Assembly: GCA_030390025.1 (NCBI GenBank)
Contig: CM059432.1
Span: 48,114,001-48,178,000 of the forward strand
Length of the DNA stretch: 64,000 nucleotides
Reading direction: 5' to 3'
Source: Squalus acanthias
Taxonomy: Eukaryota
This document shows, one piece after another, positions 25,965 through 39,135 of the stretch. The notes beneath the pieces were generated by a model. The model saw only the letters and a program-made list of their open reading frames with translations. It was not told the DNA's origin and did not search any database. Within the stretch, counting starts at the first letter, position 1, and the number at the start of each line of letters is the position of its first letter. A program made the position numbers and the translations under genes.

Positions 25965-26796
25965 GGGTAGAGTTTCTGTTCTTTTACATCAGTTATATCA
26001 GCACAATCCGGGCGGAACCAATGCAAAAAATTGGGGAATTTTAAACGTAAGTGAGTTACGCCCAAAACCACTCACACTCGAGTTTCTGCAATCTTTTATG
26101 CTAGTTCAAGATCAGTTCAGCTAAATCAAGCCCTGCCCACAAAACTGGCCACACCCCGAGGTCAAAATTGCAAGCTTCCGCTGATTGCGCTGGTTAGGGA
26201 AGGCTCTTCAAATTGCACTAATTTTCTTAGGAAGACAGGCACTAATAGGCACATTTTTAAAGTTTTTTCACATCAAAAAATATGTAATTTACGAAGAAAC
26301 TTACTAGTCTACACCAATGAAAGTAGTAAATGGTTCAGTAAAGTTTTTTTAAGTCATTTTCAGCGATTATAAATCAGGTCAGTCACAAGTGGAGGACTTA
26401 TTAAAATGCTTATTTTTTGTGATAAACCCATTTTCAGCTGTATTAATAAAAGTGGACCAGGTTACCACTAAAGAAAGAAAGACTTGCATTTATATAGCGC
26501 CTTTCACGACCTCAGGATGTCCCAAAGTGCTTTACAGCCAATGAAGTACTTTTGGAGTGTAGTGACTGTTGTAATGTAGGACTGTTAATACATCGATGAA
26601 TATGTTTTAATGGAAAGAAAAAAATAAATGATTACGTTCTATTACATTGCCCGGTTGCGCTGGTTCATGGAAGATTTTACGTTGGCGTTTATGCAAATTA
26701 ATTTTAGCGGAAACTTGAACTGTAACCTAACCAGTGCAATTTCGAGTGCATTTTGGGTGCAATTTCCTGATTGTGCCCAAAGCGGAAACTCTACCC
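25965..26796. mobile_element. TIR non-autonomous DNA transposon (probably Harbinger) with nested Deu-SINE tail
   Basis: Perfect 12-bp TIR GGGTAGAGTTTC / GAAACTCTACCC. SINE tail at 26471-26581. Confidence 0.75.
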
Positions 26797-29264
26797 GTTA
26801 TATAGGAACACCGAGCTGGTGTTGACCTGCTTTTTTCTTCTCCCAGGTTGGTAAGCTGCATGAGTCTGCTCTGGTTTGCCAGTATTTCATGCTTCCACTC
26901 TTAGCTGCTTTATCCCCTACCTCCCCAGCAATTCACACATTTTCGTAAATGTATTTAATTTCTTGATTATGCCTCCAATTATTTCATGTTAATATCACTC
27001 CAGCTATTTAACTTTACAGTCATTCTATTACTTCTCTCGTGTTTGTGTCGGTGTGTTTCTGTTTTTTTCCTCCCTCTTCCTTTTGTTCTGTTCTTTTTAT
27101 GTACTGTTCAGCTAGATCTTCCAGTTCTTAGAAAGGATTTACACTTGAAACTCCATTTTCACTGCAGATGCTGACTGACCTGCTGAGTGTTTCCAGCATA
27201 TTTTGTTTTTGTTTTCAGATCTTCAGCAAATAGTTTTTTGCTTTTTCCATAAAGGGCCTGTGAGTCCCAAGAGGTAGAAGTAGGCTGCATAAAAATGTGG
27301 AATAGAATCCGTAAAACCTTGTGGTTGAGGAAAACCAGTAGCAGAGCCCATTAAGTCACACAGAAGAGAGCACTGTTTGGCTAATAACCAGAAGAGTAAG
27401 GGCTACCACCTTGTAAGATAAACTAGCAGGGCAGAAGCCAATTAAAAGATGGCCAAAGAACAGTTACAAGTAGGGGACAGCACTGAATTAAATGTAAACT
27501 GTCAATGAGAAAAACAGAGGCAAGTTCATGGAAACCAAAAAGTGAAATACAACACCACAGGTGTTATAAACTCCAACCTGGGGCCATTACAACCAGTACA
27601 CAGCTGTTTTAGAAGACTTAGCTAGAAACTTGGCAGGCCAGGAGAGCTCAAAGTCACAAAAGCAGATAGTTCAGTGTTCAATGGAAGTCCAGGCAGATCT
27701 ACCCTATGTCTTGAAAAACCAGGAAAATTGAGAATAAGAATGTGATTTACTTTTGTATATTAATTTTTGCAACCAAGGTTGCCCTGTATTTTATATTGTG
27801 AACTAATATGTATTATCTACATTGAAAATATAGGCTGAGATTTTGCTCGCCAGTGCGACCAGTGTCGGTGTCAGGTCCTGAGCCCACTGCTGGCTCCATC
27901 CCGCTGTACAGAATGAACTTACCTTAATGGGGCCTATAAAGCCCGCCCAGCATGTTTCCTGGCACAATTAGATGGAGCAGGTCTGGTAACGTCATTCATG
28001 ACACGTCTTGAGCCGGTTTCCTTAAAGGGATCATGGCCACCTTACTTTTGATGTTTGTGCTGTCAGTGTTCTGCAGCATTGAGGTGCTGCAAGCACTGAC
28101 AATCACTGCACAGAGGTGCAGGGCTGCACCCAGGTTCTCCCATAACTCCCTCCATATGCTTAGAGAGGGAGTCAGAGCATGCAGGGAGGTCCTCTTCCCT
28201 ACGGATGGGCGGAAGAGACCTCCCCAGGAGACCAAGACAGCCTGGTTGCACATTGCAGAGGAGGTCACAAGCAGGGATGTCGTCAGGAGGACCTGGGTGC
28301 AGTGGCACAAACCCTTCAATGATCTCATTAGATCAGGAAACGTGAGTACAAAGCCACACTCACCTTCATCCTGCTGTGTCTCTCATCACATCCCCATCAC
28401 TCTGCCGTCCCTATCCTACTCCTGCACATCCTTAGTCACACCAACTTACCTTGCACCTCCACCCATCCCTCTCTATCTATCTACATTATCACTTCCCCAT
28501 CTCACCAGCCACCCCTCACACTCACCCTCATCCTAGTGCAACCATACCAACTAACAACACACAAGGGTAGCTACTTGGGTGTTTTATCCAATGTTCATGT
28601 AAAGTTTCTGTTAATGTGCTGTCAAACATTGAAACCTTTATTTTCAACTTTGCGTTCTTGGACAGATTTGTGTGCACCTTTGGAAGTGGCTTAGTGAGTT
28701 GCAGTGAATGGTGAGACATAACGGTACCCCCGCAATGGTGATGAGTGTGAAAGGAATGGCTTGGACATTGTAGGGATGCTTTATGGTGTTGGTGTGGGGT
28801 GGTGCCAACCTGGCGCATCATGTGGCAGCCAGGGTGTACAGCATCAAGTGAAGTAAATCTGGCCATGGTGAGGCCATCCCTGGCCTCCCGGGCAGCAATG
28901 CGATGATGTCCTCTGTCCTGTGCAGCATCAGGTGATTGTGCAGAAGGTTGGTGTTATTGTTGGTACTGCTGGTGTGCCTGGTGCTGCTGGTGTTGGGGCT
29001 GATCGTGGTCAGATTCTGAGAACCAAGGTGAAACAGTATAAACGGTGTCAATGATGAGAGAGGTTGTTCCAATGAGGAGACACTGGATGGAGCATTTGCT
29101 CCAAATACTTGCAGCCTGCATAAAGCTCAATCCGTGTTCCAAATGGAGTAAGCAACAGCTTCTGCGCTTGGAAAGTGAACAGCTGTGAGGTGGGAGCTTT
29201 TATAGCACATTTCAAGCTATCAACTAATCAGCTGATTCAATAGCCATTCAACTCCCACCTCAGG

Positions 29265-32200
29265 TTAACAGGCGTGATCCACGAGCAGCGTGGACCCCAT
29301 GGACGAGCACTTTGGAGGGGGAGGGCGAAAACGGGATGAGGTCCTAAAAGCAGAATATAGGGAGTTAGGAGGTAAATTAAAAAAGAGGACCTCAAAAGTA
29401 GTAATCTCAGGATTGCTACCAGTGCCACGTGCTAGTCAGAGTAGAAATAGGAGGATATTTTAAATGAATACGTGGCTAGAGGAATGGTGCAAGGGGGAGG
29501 GATTCAAATTCCTTGGACATTGGAACCGGTTCTGGGGGAGGTGGGACCAGTACAAACGGGACGGTCTGCACCTGGGCAGGGCCGGGACCGATGTCCTAGG
29601 GGGAGTGTTTGCTAGTGCTGTTGGGGAGGGTTTAAACTAAAGTGGCAGGGGGTTGGGAACCTGAGCAGGGAGACAGAGGAAAGGGAAATAAGGATAAAAT
29701 CTAAAGACAGGAAGGAGAAAAACAAAAGTAGAAGACAAAGAACTCAACGGTTTAAATCAAACATGGTCATAGTAAATAATAATTCATATAGGTCTGAAAG
29801 CGTTAAAAAAATAAGCCTGAAGGCTTTGTGTCTTAATGCAAGGAGCATTCGGAACAAGGTGGATGAATTAGCTGCACAAATAGAGGTAAATGAATACGAT
29901 TTGATTGGGATTACAGAAACATGGCTCCAGGGGGGCCAAGGCTGGGAACTCAACATCCAGGGTTATTCAATATTTAGGAAAGATAGGCAAAAAAGAAAGG
30001 GAGGTGGGGTAGCATTGCTGGTTAAAGAGGGGATTAACACAATTGAAAGGAAGGATATTAGCTCTGATGATGCGGAATCTGTATGGGTAGAACTGAGAAA
30101 TAACAATGGGCAGAAAACGTTAGTGAGAGTGGTATATAGAACTCCAAACAGTAATACGGAGGTTGGGGACGGCATTAAAAGGGAAATTCGAGAAGCATGC
30201 AGTAAGGGCACAGCAGTCATCATGGGTGACTTTAATCTACATATAGATTGGGCTAACCAAATTAGTAAAAATACTGTGGAGGAGGAATTCCTAGAATGTT
30301 TACGAGATGGTTTTCTGGAACAATATGTCGAGGAACCAACCAGAGATCAGGCCATCTTAGACTGGGTATTATGTAACGAGAAAGGATTAATTAGCAATCT
30401 TGTTGTACGAGGCCCCTTGGGTCAGAGTGATCATAATATGATAGAATTCTTCATTAGGATGGAGAGTGAAGTAGTTGAATCAGAGACTAGGGTCCTGAAT
30501 TTAAATAAAGGAAACTACGATGGTATGAGGCGCGAATTGGGTAGGATTGATTGGGGAATGTCACTCAAGGGGTTGACGGTGGATAGGCAATGGCAAACAT
30601 TCAAAGACTGCATGGATGAACTACAGAATTTGTACATCCCAGTGTGGCATAACAATAAAACAAAAAGGGTGACTCAACCGTGGCTAACAAGGGAAATTAG
30701 GGATAGCATAAGATCCAAGGAGAGGGCATATAAATTGTCTAGAAAAAGCGGTAGCCCTGAGGATTGGGAGCAGTTTAGGATTCAACAAAGGAGGACAAAG
30801 GGATTAATTAAGAAGGGGAAAATAGAATATGAAAGTAAGCTTGCTGGGAACATAAAAACTGACTGTAAGAGCTTTTATAGATATGTGAAGAGAAAAAGAT
30901 TAGTGAAATCAAGTGTAGGTCCCTTGCAGTCAGAAGCGGGGGAAGTTATAATGGGGAACAAAGAAATGGCAGCCCAATTAAATGCATATTTTGGTTCTGT
31001 CTTCACAAAGGAGGACACAAATAAGCTCCCAGAGATGTTGGAGAACATACGGTCTGATGAAAGGGAGGAACTGAAAGAAATCAGTATTTGCAGCGAAATG
31101 GTGTTAGGGAAATTGACGGTATTGAAGGCCGATAAATCCCCAGGGCCTGATAATCTACATCCTAGGGTACTTAAGGAAGTGGCCCTAGAAATAGTAGATG
31201 CATTGCTGATCATCTTCCAACATTTGATGGAATCTGGAACTGTACCCATGGATTGGAGAGCAGCTAATGTTACCCCACTATTCAAAAAGGGTGGTAGAGA
31301 GAAAACGGGGAATTACAGACCGGTAAGCCTGACATCGGTAGTGGGGAAAATGCTAGAGTCCATTATAAAGGATGTAATAGCTGAGCATTTGAAAAACAGT
31401 GACAGGATCGGACAAAGTCAACATGGATTTACAAAAGGTAAATCGTGCTTGACTAATCTACTGGAATTTTTTGAGGATGTAACTGGGAAAATAGATAAGG
31501 GAGAACCAGTAGATGTGGTGTATTTGGACTTTCAAAAGGCTTTCGATAAGGTCCCGCATAAGAGATTAGCGGGTAAAGTTAAGGCACATGGGATTGGGGG
31601 CAAGGTATTGACTTGGATAGAGAACTGGTTGGCGGACAGAAAGCAGAGAGTAGGAATTAATGGGTCTTTTTCCGAGTGGCAAGCAGTGACTAGTGGGGTA
31701 CCGCAGGGATCGGTCCTTGGACCCCAGCTATTCATAATATACATTAATGATCTAGATAAGGGAATTAAATGTAATATCTCCAAGTTTGCAGACGACACAA
31801 AGCTGGGTGGGAGTGTGTGCTGCGAGGAGGATACCGAGAAACTCCAGGATGATCTGGACAGGTTGGGTGAGTGGGCAGAAGCATGGCAGATGCAATATAA
31901 CGTGGATAAGTGCGAGGTTATCCACTTTGGTGTCAAAAACAGAAAGGCAGACTATTATCTGAATGGCAATAGATTGGGAGAAGGGGAAGTGCAACGAGAC
32001 CTGGGTGTCCTTGTGCACCAGTCGCTGAAAGTAAGCATGCAGATGCAGCAGGCGGTGAAGAAGGCAAATGGTATGTTGGCCTTCATAGCGAAAGGGTTTG
32101 AGTATAGGAACAGGGATGTCCTGCTGCAGTTGTACAGGGCCTTGGTGAGACCACACCTTGAGTACTATGTGCAGTTTTGGTCGCCTTATCTGAGGAAGGA

Positions 32201-32725
32201 TGTTCTTGCCATGGAAGGAGTTCAGCGAAGATTCACAAGGCTGATACCTGGGATGGCAGGAATGACATATGAAGAGAGATTGGGTCGATTGGGCTTATAC
32301 TCGCTGGAGTATAGAAGAATGTGAGGGGATCTCATCGAAACATATAAAATTCTGACAGGTCTGGACAAACTAGATGCAGGAAGAATGTTCCCGATGGTCG
32401 GAGAGTCCAGAACCAGGGGTCATAATCTACGGATAACGGGTAAACCATTTAGGACAGAAATGAGGAAGAATTTCTTCACCCAGAGAGTGGTGAACCTGTG
32501 GAATTCTCTACCACAGAAGGTAGTTGAGGCCAAGTCATTAAATATATTCAAGGATGAGTTAGATATATTTCTTAAAGCTAAAGGTATCAAGGGATATGGG
32601 GAGAAGGCAGGTACAGGGTACTGAGTTTAGATGATCAGCCATGATCTCATCGAATGGCGGAGCAGGCTCGAGGGGCCGAATGGCCTACTCCTGCTCCTAT
32701 CTTCTATGTTTCTATGTTTCTATGT
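29265..32725 (+). mobile_element. 5'-truncated CR1 LINE
   Basis: 3' half of the ORF1 esterase region, ORF2, 3' UTR and (TTCTATGT)n tail. Confidence 0.93.
29763..32624 (+). pseudogene. CR1 ORF2p (APE-RT) with a single late nonsense codon at 32322-32324
   Basis: 853-aa ORF continues in frame into 32385-32624. The RRM*GD position corresponds to RRLRGD in the 10360 copy. Confidence 0.92.
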
Positions 32726-33833
32726 AAAAGGTAGGTTTAAAACCATTATTAAGGATCTGTCAACAAGCCAATTGGGTCGCCCGCCTCTGCGGGTCGGGTC
32801 CGATCCGAGATCACAGATGCACCATTGGGAAAGGCATGTTTTAGCGGGATGACAGCGTATTCCCAACCTGCTGTCAAAAAAATCAAATTTTGCACCCGAC
32901 CCACCGCTGATCCCGCCCACTAACCCCCCCGGAAAATTCCGGCTATAGTTTACATTGTGCCACATAGTAGTATGACATGACTGATACCAAATCACTCATG
33001 CAAATCTTGAAGTGAAGCATAGCTTATCTGAATATTCAATTAAAAGATGAAGGGACACACAAAGTAAAATTGAAAGCTAATATTCGCAATTAAAAGAATA
33101 AATTTTGAATTTTGTATGAAAGCTTAAGATTATAAAAAAAGTGAACTATGTATGTTAAATGCTGAAAAAGTATTTCAGTAGTCAATGGGTTAATGTAGGT
33201 TTAAACTGGGATTATCATTTGAGAAATAACTTGATATACTTTTAAGAAAACATGAAGAGCTCCAAGCTATGAATATTTATAATGACTAGCTAAGCGTTTA
33301 ATTAACACTCTGACTCACATGAAAATTAATAGCAATCAAACCAATAGATAAAGGCTTAAAAGGGGGGGGGGACTGGAAATCATGAACAAAAATAGAAAAT
33401 GGTAAAAGTTCTGATTTGGCCCATGGCATCTGTGACAGGTCTAGTCCCTTAAACATTGCTATCCACTTTAATCCCATTTCTTTATTTTTCTCAGTGTTCT
33501 TTTACATTTTTCCTTATCAAATACTTTTCAATTCCCTTTTAAATTCTCTGCTTTAATAGCCATTTACAGTAAAGCATTCCATGCTCTAATAATCTTCTTT
33601 CTGAAAATTTGTCTTCTAATTTACCCCTTAATTCTTATGATCTGGAGACCATGCCCTCGATTTGTCAACCATTGGAAACAACCTTTCACTATTTACCCTT
33701 TCAAAACTTTCCATAATTTTGAAAACCTCTGTTAGATTCTGCCTTAAACTTCCCTATTCCAATGAAAAAAGATTCTGTTTTTCCGAGCCTTTCTTCATTA
33801 ATATAGCCTCTCATTCCTGGCATTATTCTAGTG

Positions 33834-35960
33834 TGTAAGGGGTTCGGTCGTGGGTGCTTGTGCGGGGTTAAGCCTTCGTCGCCTAATCCTATTGCTTGCT
33901 CTTGTCTCCGGCCAGCCTTGTTGCAATAAGCACCTGTGAGTGGTTCGACCCACTCGCCCTTACGGTTCTAACACTGGACTTAGGTGCAAGAGCAGTAATG
34001 CAGAGAAAACTCAAATAGACCCGGTTGAATAGTACGAAATGGAAATCTTTATTGCATAAGGGCAACACGGTGGCATAGTGGTTAGCACTGGTGCCTCACA
34101 GCGCCAGGGACCCGGGTTCGAATCTGGCCTCGGGTGACTGTCTGTGTGGAGTTTGCACATTCTCCCCGTGTCTGCGTGGGTTTCCTCCGGGTGCTCCGGT
34201 TTCCTCCCACAGTCCAAAAATGTGCGGGTTAGGTTGATTTGGCTATGATAAATTGACCCTTAGTGTTAGGGGGGGATTAAATATGTGGGGTTACGGGGAT
34301 AGGATAGGAAGGGATATGTTAGGGGGAATTAAATACGTGGGGTTACGGGGATAGGGTGGGATATGTGTTGGTGCAGGCTCGATGGGGATTCTGGTGAGAA
34401 AGCAGGGACAGGGTACTGGATTTGGATGATCAGCCATGATTGTATTGAATGGTGGAGCAGGCTCGATGGGCCGAATGGCCTACTCCTGCTCCTAGTTTCT
34501 ATGTTTCTATAACGTCCAAAATCATGAAGTACATGTCATAGGCACAAATTAATGACAGTACAAGTATACATACATTCATAAAACTTGGTCTAGGGTAATG
34601 AGGAACGCACGGCACATCGTAAAAAGGGGAACACATTATATTTATCCTTAATAAAACCACCCTCCCCTATCAATACCTACACTAATCTAGATTTGTAGGA
34701 TCGAGAAACATGCTCACCACTCGTGATACTTCGGAGAATTTTAAAGTGAGGCGCTCGGCTCGTTTCGCTGCAGCGCCTGACTGTCACGTGTTGAAAAGGG
34801 TCTCTGTACCCCACTTGTTTATCTGCTCTGCTCCGGCTAGCAGGCTGGATCGTCTGTTGTCATGAAGAACTGTGTAGAGCTCGGACACTTGGTAGAATTC
34901 AAACAAGAGTCTTCCTGTACCAGTTCGTGTAGTATTCGGTAAAACTCGAAGATGAGGTTTTACCGGTTCGTGCAGTAACTTATAGAGTTCAAAAATGGTC
35001 TATATATTTTCGGGCGCGGTCGGGGTTTACTGACCGCGGCGGCACGTGTAGTCTTCTTCTTCTCTTCTCGTCTCGTCTCGTCTCGTCTCTTCTGGCCTTC
35101 GGGTCCAGACACCGTTTACCGACCCTCGGGATGGTGCACCCGATCACTTGCCTTTGTTGAGGCGGCTCGTTCCGTTTGAGCTCCAACCAACATTCGAAGT
35201 CCAGCTCTCAAAAGAGCTTCAGCAGTCAGCAACAAGACAAGAGGTCGACTCCAAGTGGATCAGCGGAATAAGAGCCCGGAGAATAAGAGTTCAGCCCGAG
35301 TCAAAAGTCAGCAGAGATAAGAGACCGATGGACATTTGTTCAGTTAAGTTATAGTGCTGGGTTCCCTTATCTCCCGCCCAAATCTTAATGTTCATCTTTT
35401 GTAAAATCTTGGCGCTCAAAATTCCCAGTATGGGGTGATTCTGTCTGTAATGGGTTTCGGTAACACTTGTAACTGGCCAAATACCCGTTAATGTTTTTCC
35501 CATTGTGGAACCGGCTAGGAGCCTCCCTGACGGGGTTTTGGGGGCCTCCGAATACTTGTGTAAGCACCCGAGAATGGCTCTCTCATTGTAGAGCTGTGGG
35601 GAATTTGCGTATTGATGTATCTGGATGGGCCTTTGATTGCCCAGTACAATAGTCCTTACTTGTGCATGGAAAACGATTCCAGCACTTATATCTCTTGCTA
35701 TTGTGTCGAATGCAGACAGGTCGCATCCTGTCTTTATCAATGTTTGCTGAGTATTATCCAATCTTATACTGAAATGTTTATTCGAACGCCATCTTGTCTG
35801 CCCACTGAAAATTCTGGAAACTTCTGCCACGAGGTGTGGCGGCCATTTTACAGGCTTCTTGTGTCCCTTTTAATCATGACAGCATTTCGTTTAAATAAAC
35901 TGCTTAAACGAATCTGTATTTCTCTCGTTATTTTGAATCGTGATATTTGCGAACTTTACA
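33834..35960 (-). mobile_element. LTR-A: LTR with 4-bp TSD AGTG, carrying a V-SINE insertion
   Basis: TGTA...TACA termini. AGTG at 33830-33833 and 35961-35964. The flanks rejoin as an old CR1 (CATTATTCTAGTG|AATCTACACTGC). Confidence 0.95.
34060..34508 (+). mobile_element. V-SINE (HE1-like) with CR1-derived 3' tail
   Basis: A box TGGCATAGTGG, B box GGTTCGAATCT, V-domain-like GTGGAGTTTGCACATTCTCCCCGTGTCTGCGTGGGTTTCCTCCGG. Tail matches the CR1 3' UTR. ATAA is duplicated, and the insertion is absent from LTR-B. Confidence 0.9.
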
Positions 35961-36590
35961 AGTGAATCTACACTGCATCCTTACCATGGATCAATTATAT
36001 TTTCTTTAATGGGGTGCTGAGAACTGCATGCAATACTCCAACTGTGGCTCAACCAAAGTATTGTACAAATTCAACATCACTTCCTTCCTGTGTAGGTGTC
36101 AACCTTGGCTCAGTGGTAGCACCCTTTATCTCTAAATCAGAAGGTTGTGGGTTCAAGTCCCACCCCAGAGACATGAACACATAATCTAAGCTGACATCTC
36201 AGTGCAGGACTGAGGGAGTGCTGCACTTTCAGAAGGTGCCAGTTGTTAAGATAAGACATTAAACCGAGAATGGTAAGTCTGCCCTCTAAGGTAGGTGTAA
36301 AAGATCCTCTGGCATTAATTTGAAAATGAACAGGGAAGTTCTCCCTGGTTTCTGAGGGATCACCACTATTCTTTGTATAAGCACTTTCTTTTATTTTTGT
36401 ACTATCTCTCACCTCTTTTGTTGACCAAGGTTGTTTAATTACACAAGTAGAGCTCTTGCCCTTTAGGGAGTACAGGACTTGTATTCTACCAAATACTAAT
36501 TTGAACACCTCCCACTGTTTATCTGAAGTTTTATCCATTAACTATTCTCCCCAGTTTACAGAGGTCAATTTCTGCCTCATCCTTTCAAAG
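35961..36590. repeat. ~630-bp host flank duplicated at 43991-44620
   Basis: Near-identical (about 3 differences by eye). Old CR1 plus Deu-SINE-like head. Confidence 0.95.
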
Positions 36591-36765
36591 GCAGCCAAAG
36601 TCAAGGAAAAAAATAATCCAACAACTATTTTAAAAATACAAAAGTTAAAATAACCAAAAACAACTCTTTTAAAATACAAAGTTCCAAACTTGGTTACATA
36701 TCTTCATAACTAACAATCAATTACAAAACACACATGGGAAAATGGAGCGGCGTCATCTTGGCCGT

Positions 36766-39104
36766 TTACGCGGCGCTTTCCTCGTGCACGCGCACGTAAC
36801 GTTCTCTCCACTCTCCTGTGTTCTCCTGCTTTGTGAGGCGCTTGCCTCTCTTGCAGTGCACGACCAATAGGTACACTACAATTATTACTTGGCACACAAC
36901 TAAAATGTGGGAGGCTATCCTAATCCATGAAGGCACTTCAATATTGGTGAACAGATCCCACCACGGTGGGATTACTATGTCTAGAATTTCTGTCCCTATC
37001 TCGACAGTCTTTTGTTCTAGGGTGTAAAAATGTTTTTGCGATACCGCGACGGCTTTCAAAAGCTTGGTGAGGTGTTCAGGGAGAGGGGGAATGATGTATC
37101 CGAAATGCGCGACGAATCGCTGCAAGTCGGTAAAATTCTCTTTTACTGTTAGATGAACAGTGGATGGTTCAGGGATCGGGACAATTCGCTGCTGTGCCAC
37201 TTGAACTTCAGCCCTGGGTTTAAAACAGAAACTGCTGTCACTCACCGGACACCGGCTACGGCTTCCATGCTGGTAGTGTTGCGCTGCAGTGGTAACGCAA
37301 TATGTTCCACCCCCTATGTATGCCACCTGCGGAGGCACATGATCTTGTGTCATTGCCTCCATGGTGCAATTCATGGGCTTGGCGCCAGCCGTTCTGAACC
37401 CGCATTGTGGTGTTAAAAAGGCATTCAAGTGCTGGGGACACAGTATCATGTGTGCTCCCCGGCCACGACAACCCGATAGGTCTGTACCTGTCATCGTTTG
37501 CTCCCAGCGGATGACGTAAGGTGGGACCGCTGCGTAGCGAATGTGGGCTCCCCCCTGAATGACACCAATGTTCTCCACCCGATACACCGGGGCGGGCTTT
37601 GCTGTGTCGCCCAAGACCGGCATACGTAGTACTATACCCATGATGGTATGGTTTGACCGTCCGCAGTCCACGGGGACTGGGTATGCTTCTGAGGCTAGCC
37701 TGAGCTGGCACGGGCTTAATGCATTCTGAAAAGGGTGGAGCGCCTGCAGGTGTTTGTTACTTATCCAGGACGGGACCAAACCTTGTTTTAAATCCTCCAA
37801 ATTACTGCGGCCCTCGCCTAGTAACCATGCCCCGTATAGTACGCACACCTCGTTCTGCGCAGCTTGATCGGATGCATTCCGATCTTCCCTAATCAGGGCA
37901 TTTACCATTCTCGAATGTTTCTCCAGCTCTGCTATAATTTCCTTTAAGTGTAGCGTCATGGCCTGGTCCTCATGTAACTCAGACCCTACTACCTTGTTTT
38001 CGCTTGTGAGGATGCTTTTTAATTGTGTTTTTAAACCATTGATCTGGGTCTGCAGCTCCACGTTGTCTAGAGCGTTGACCACAGATGTCCCTGTATTAAA
38101 GGCAGTGAACATGTCGTTCACAACACCCCTTCTTTGTCTCCCCACCTGACCCAAAACTTCGTGTGGTGTGGTGTACAAGCTTGTTTTGTCAATCTCTGCA
38201 AAATCAAACTCGTAGAATTGTCTAAACATGTTTGTCAACAGGACCTGGTACAATTGTTCCGTCTCTTTGGGGCACCACTCTGGCAACCGCACCTCGGTGA
38301 GATTTAAAATCACCGAGGCCACCGCGTAATGTACCCCCTGAAATAGTATCTGGTCTGTTGGGACCAGTACCAAACCATTCCAGGGCCCCTTAGTGGTTTT
38401 AGGGCACCCTTCCTCCTGAGCCAAAACCACCGGAATCGTGGGCGGAGCCTTGCGTGGGCGCGTGATGAGTTCAGTGGCGTTTACCGGGATCGGAGAGTAT
38501 GGAGCTCCGCACCCCCTGGTGCTGACATCCCACCTCATCCCTTTCCCGTTATCCTGCCACTGGTTTACGAAAAATATGGATATACCCTTGGGGCAAACGT
38601 ACTTCGATCCCCACATACAAACATATATTCCCACCATTTGTCCCAACAGACTTTCAATTGTCCGTTAGTCCCCGTAATTGTCCGATGGGTATTGTTACCC
38701 AATCGCTCCCACTCGACCGAGGAATTTCTCATATTCTTGCTCAATTTCCGTAACCACCACCATCGGCTCAATGGGACCTTCCCATTGCATGTCAAACAAA
38801 TCCTTTTGCCGACGGTGACGCTGATTCTGGGTGCAATGATTCTCACTCTGGGGCACATCAAAGAAGTCTCTTTGTAGGCAAATCCGGATGCGCTGGAGTA
38901 TTCCATTGAATTCGTTCCCAGCCATCCCGGCCACCTTCCCTTGTGGAAATAAGTGGCGGTCTCCTCAGCCTTTCACTCCCCGGTCCCATCCGTCGCGATG
39001 GGGGCCGTGTCCCCGGAGCAACCAAACACAACGACATCCTTGGTGAGGCCCCGATAGGCCAATCCATATCCGATCGCTGCGAGCACTATCAGAATCCGTT
39101 CCAT
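36766..39104 (-). pseudogene. env: Envelope glycoprotein: signal peptide, Ig-like domain, F-type class I fusion protein, TM anchor (one TGA and one frameshift)
   Basis: ATG at 39104 reads MERILIVLAAIGYGLA. TGA at 38973-38975 is in frame with ORF 38565-38906, then a frameshift near 38640 leads into the 626-aa ORF. That ORF has furin site RQRR (38128-38139), heptad repeats, a Cys-rich region and TM IASHILVVCQVIIVVYLLVVHC. Confidence 0.85.
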
Positions 39105-39135
39105 CTTTCCTGGTTCCTGTGATCAGATAAAATGA
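39105..39135 (-). promoter_or_regulatory. Putative env splice acceptor and Kozak context
   Basis: Minus strand reads CATTTTATCTGATCACAG|GAACCAGGAAAG-ATG-G (A at -3, G at +4). Confidence 0.55.

Larger units (their letters stand above)
27833..32943. mobile_element. Harbinger relic with Myb/SANT-like exon, split by a CR1 insertion
   Basis: RAAPRFSHNSLHMLREGVRACREVLFP...AWLHIAEEV...RTWVQWHKPFNDLIR at ~28105-28340, followed by a GTGAGT donor. Harbinger-like sequence resumes after 32725. Boundaries are approximate. Confidence 0.6.

Noticed and set aside
34060..34135. tRNA gene
   Set aside because: A/B boxes belong to a SINE head that continues into V-domain and LINE tail. The same applies at 490, 2334, 36105 and 63820.
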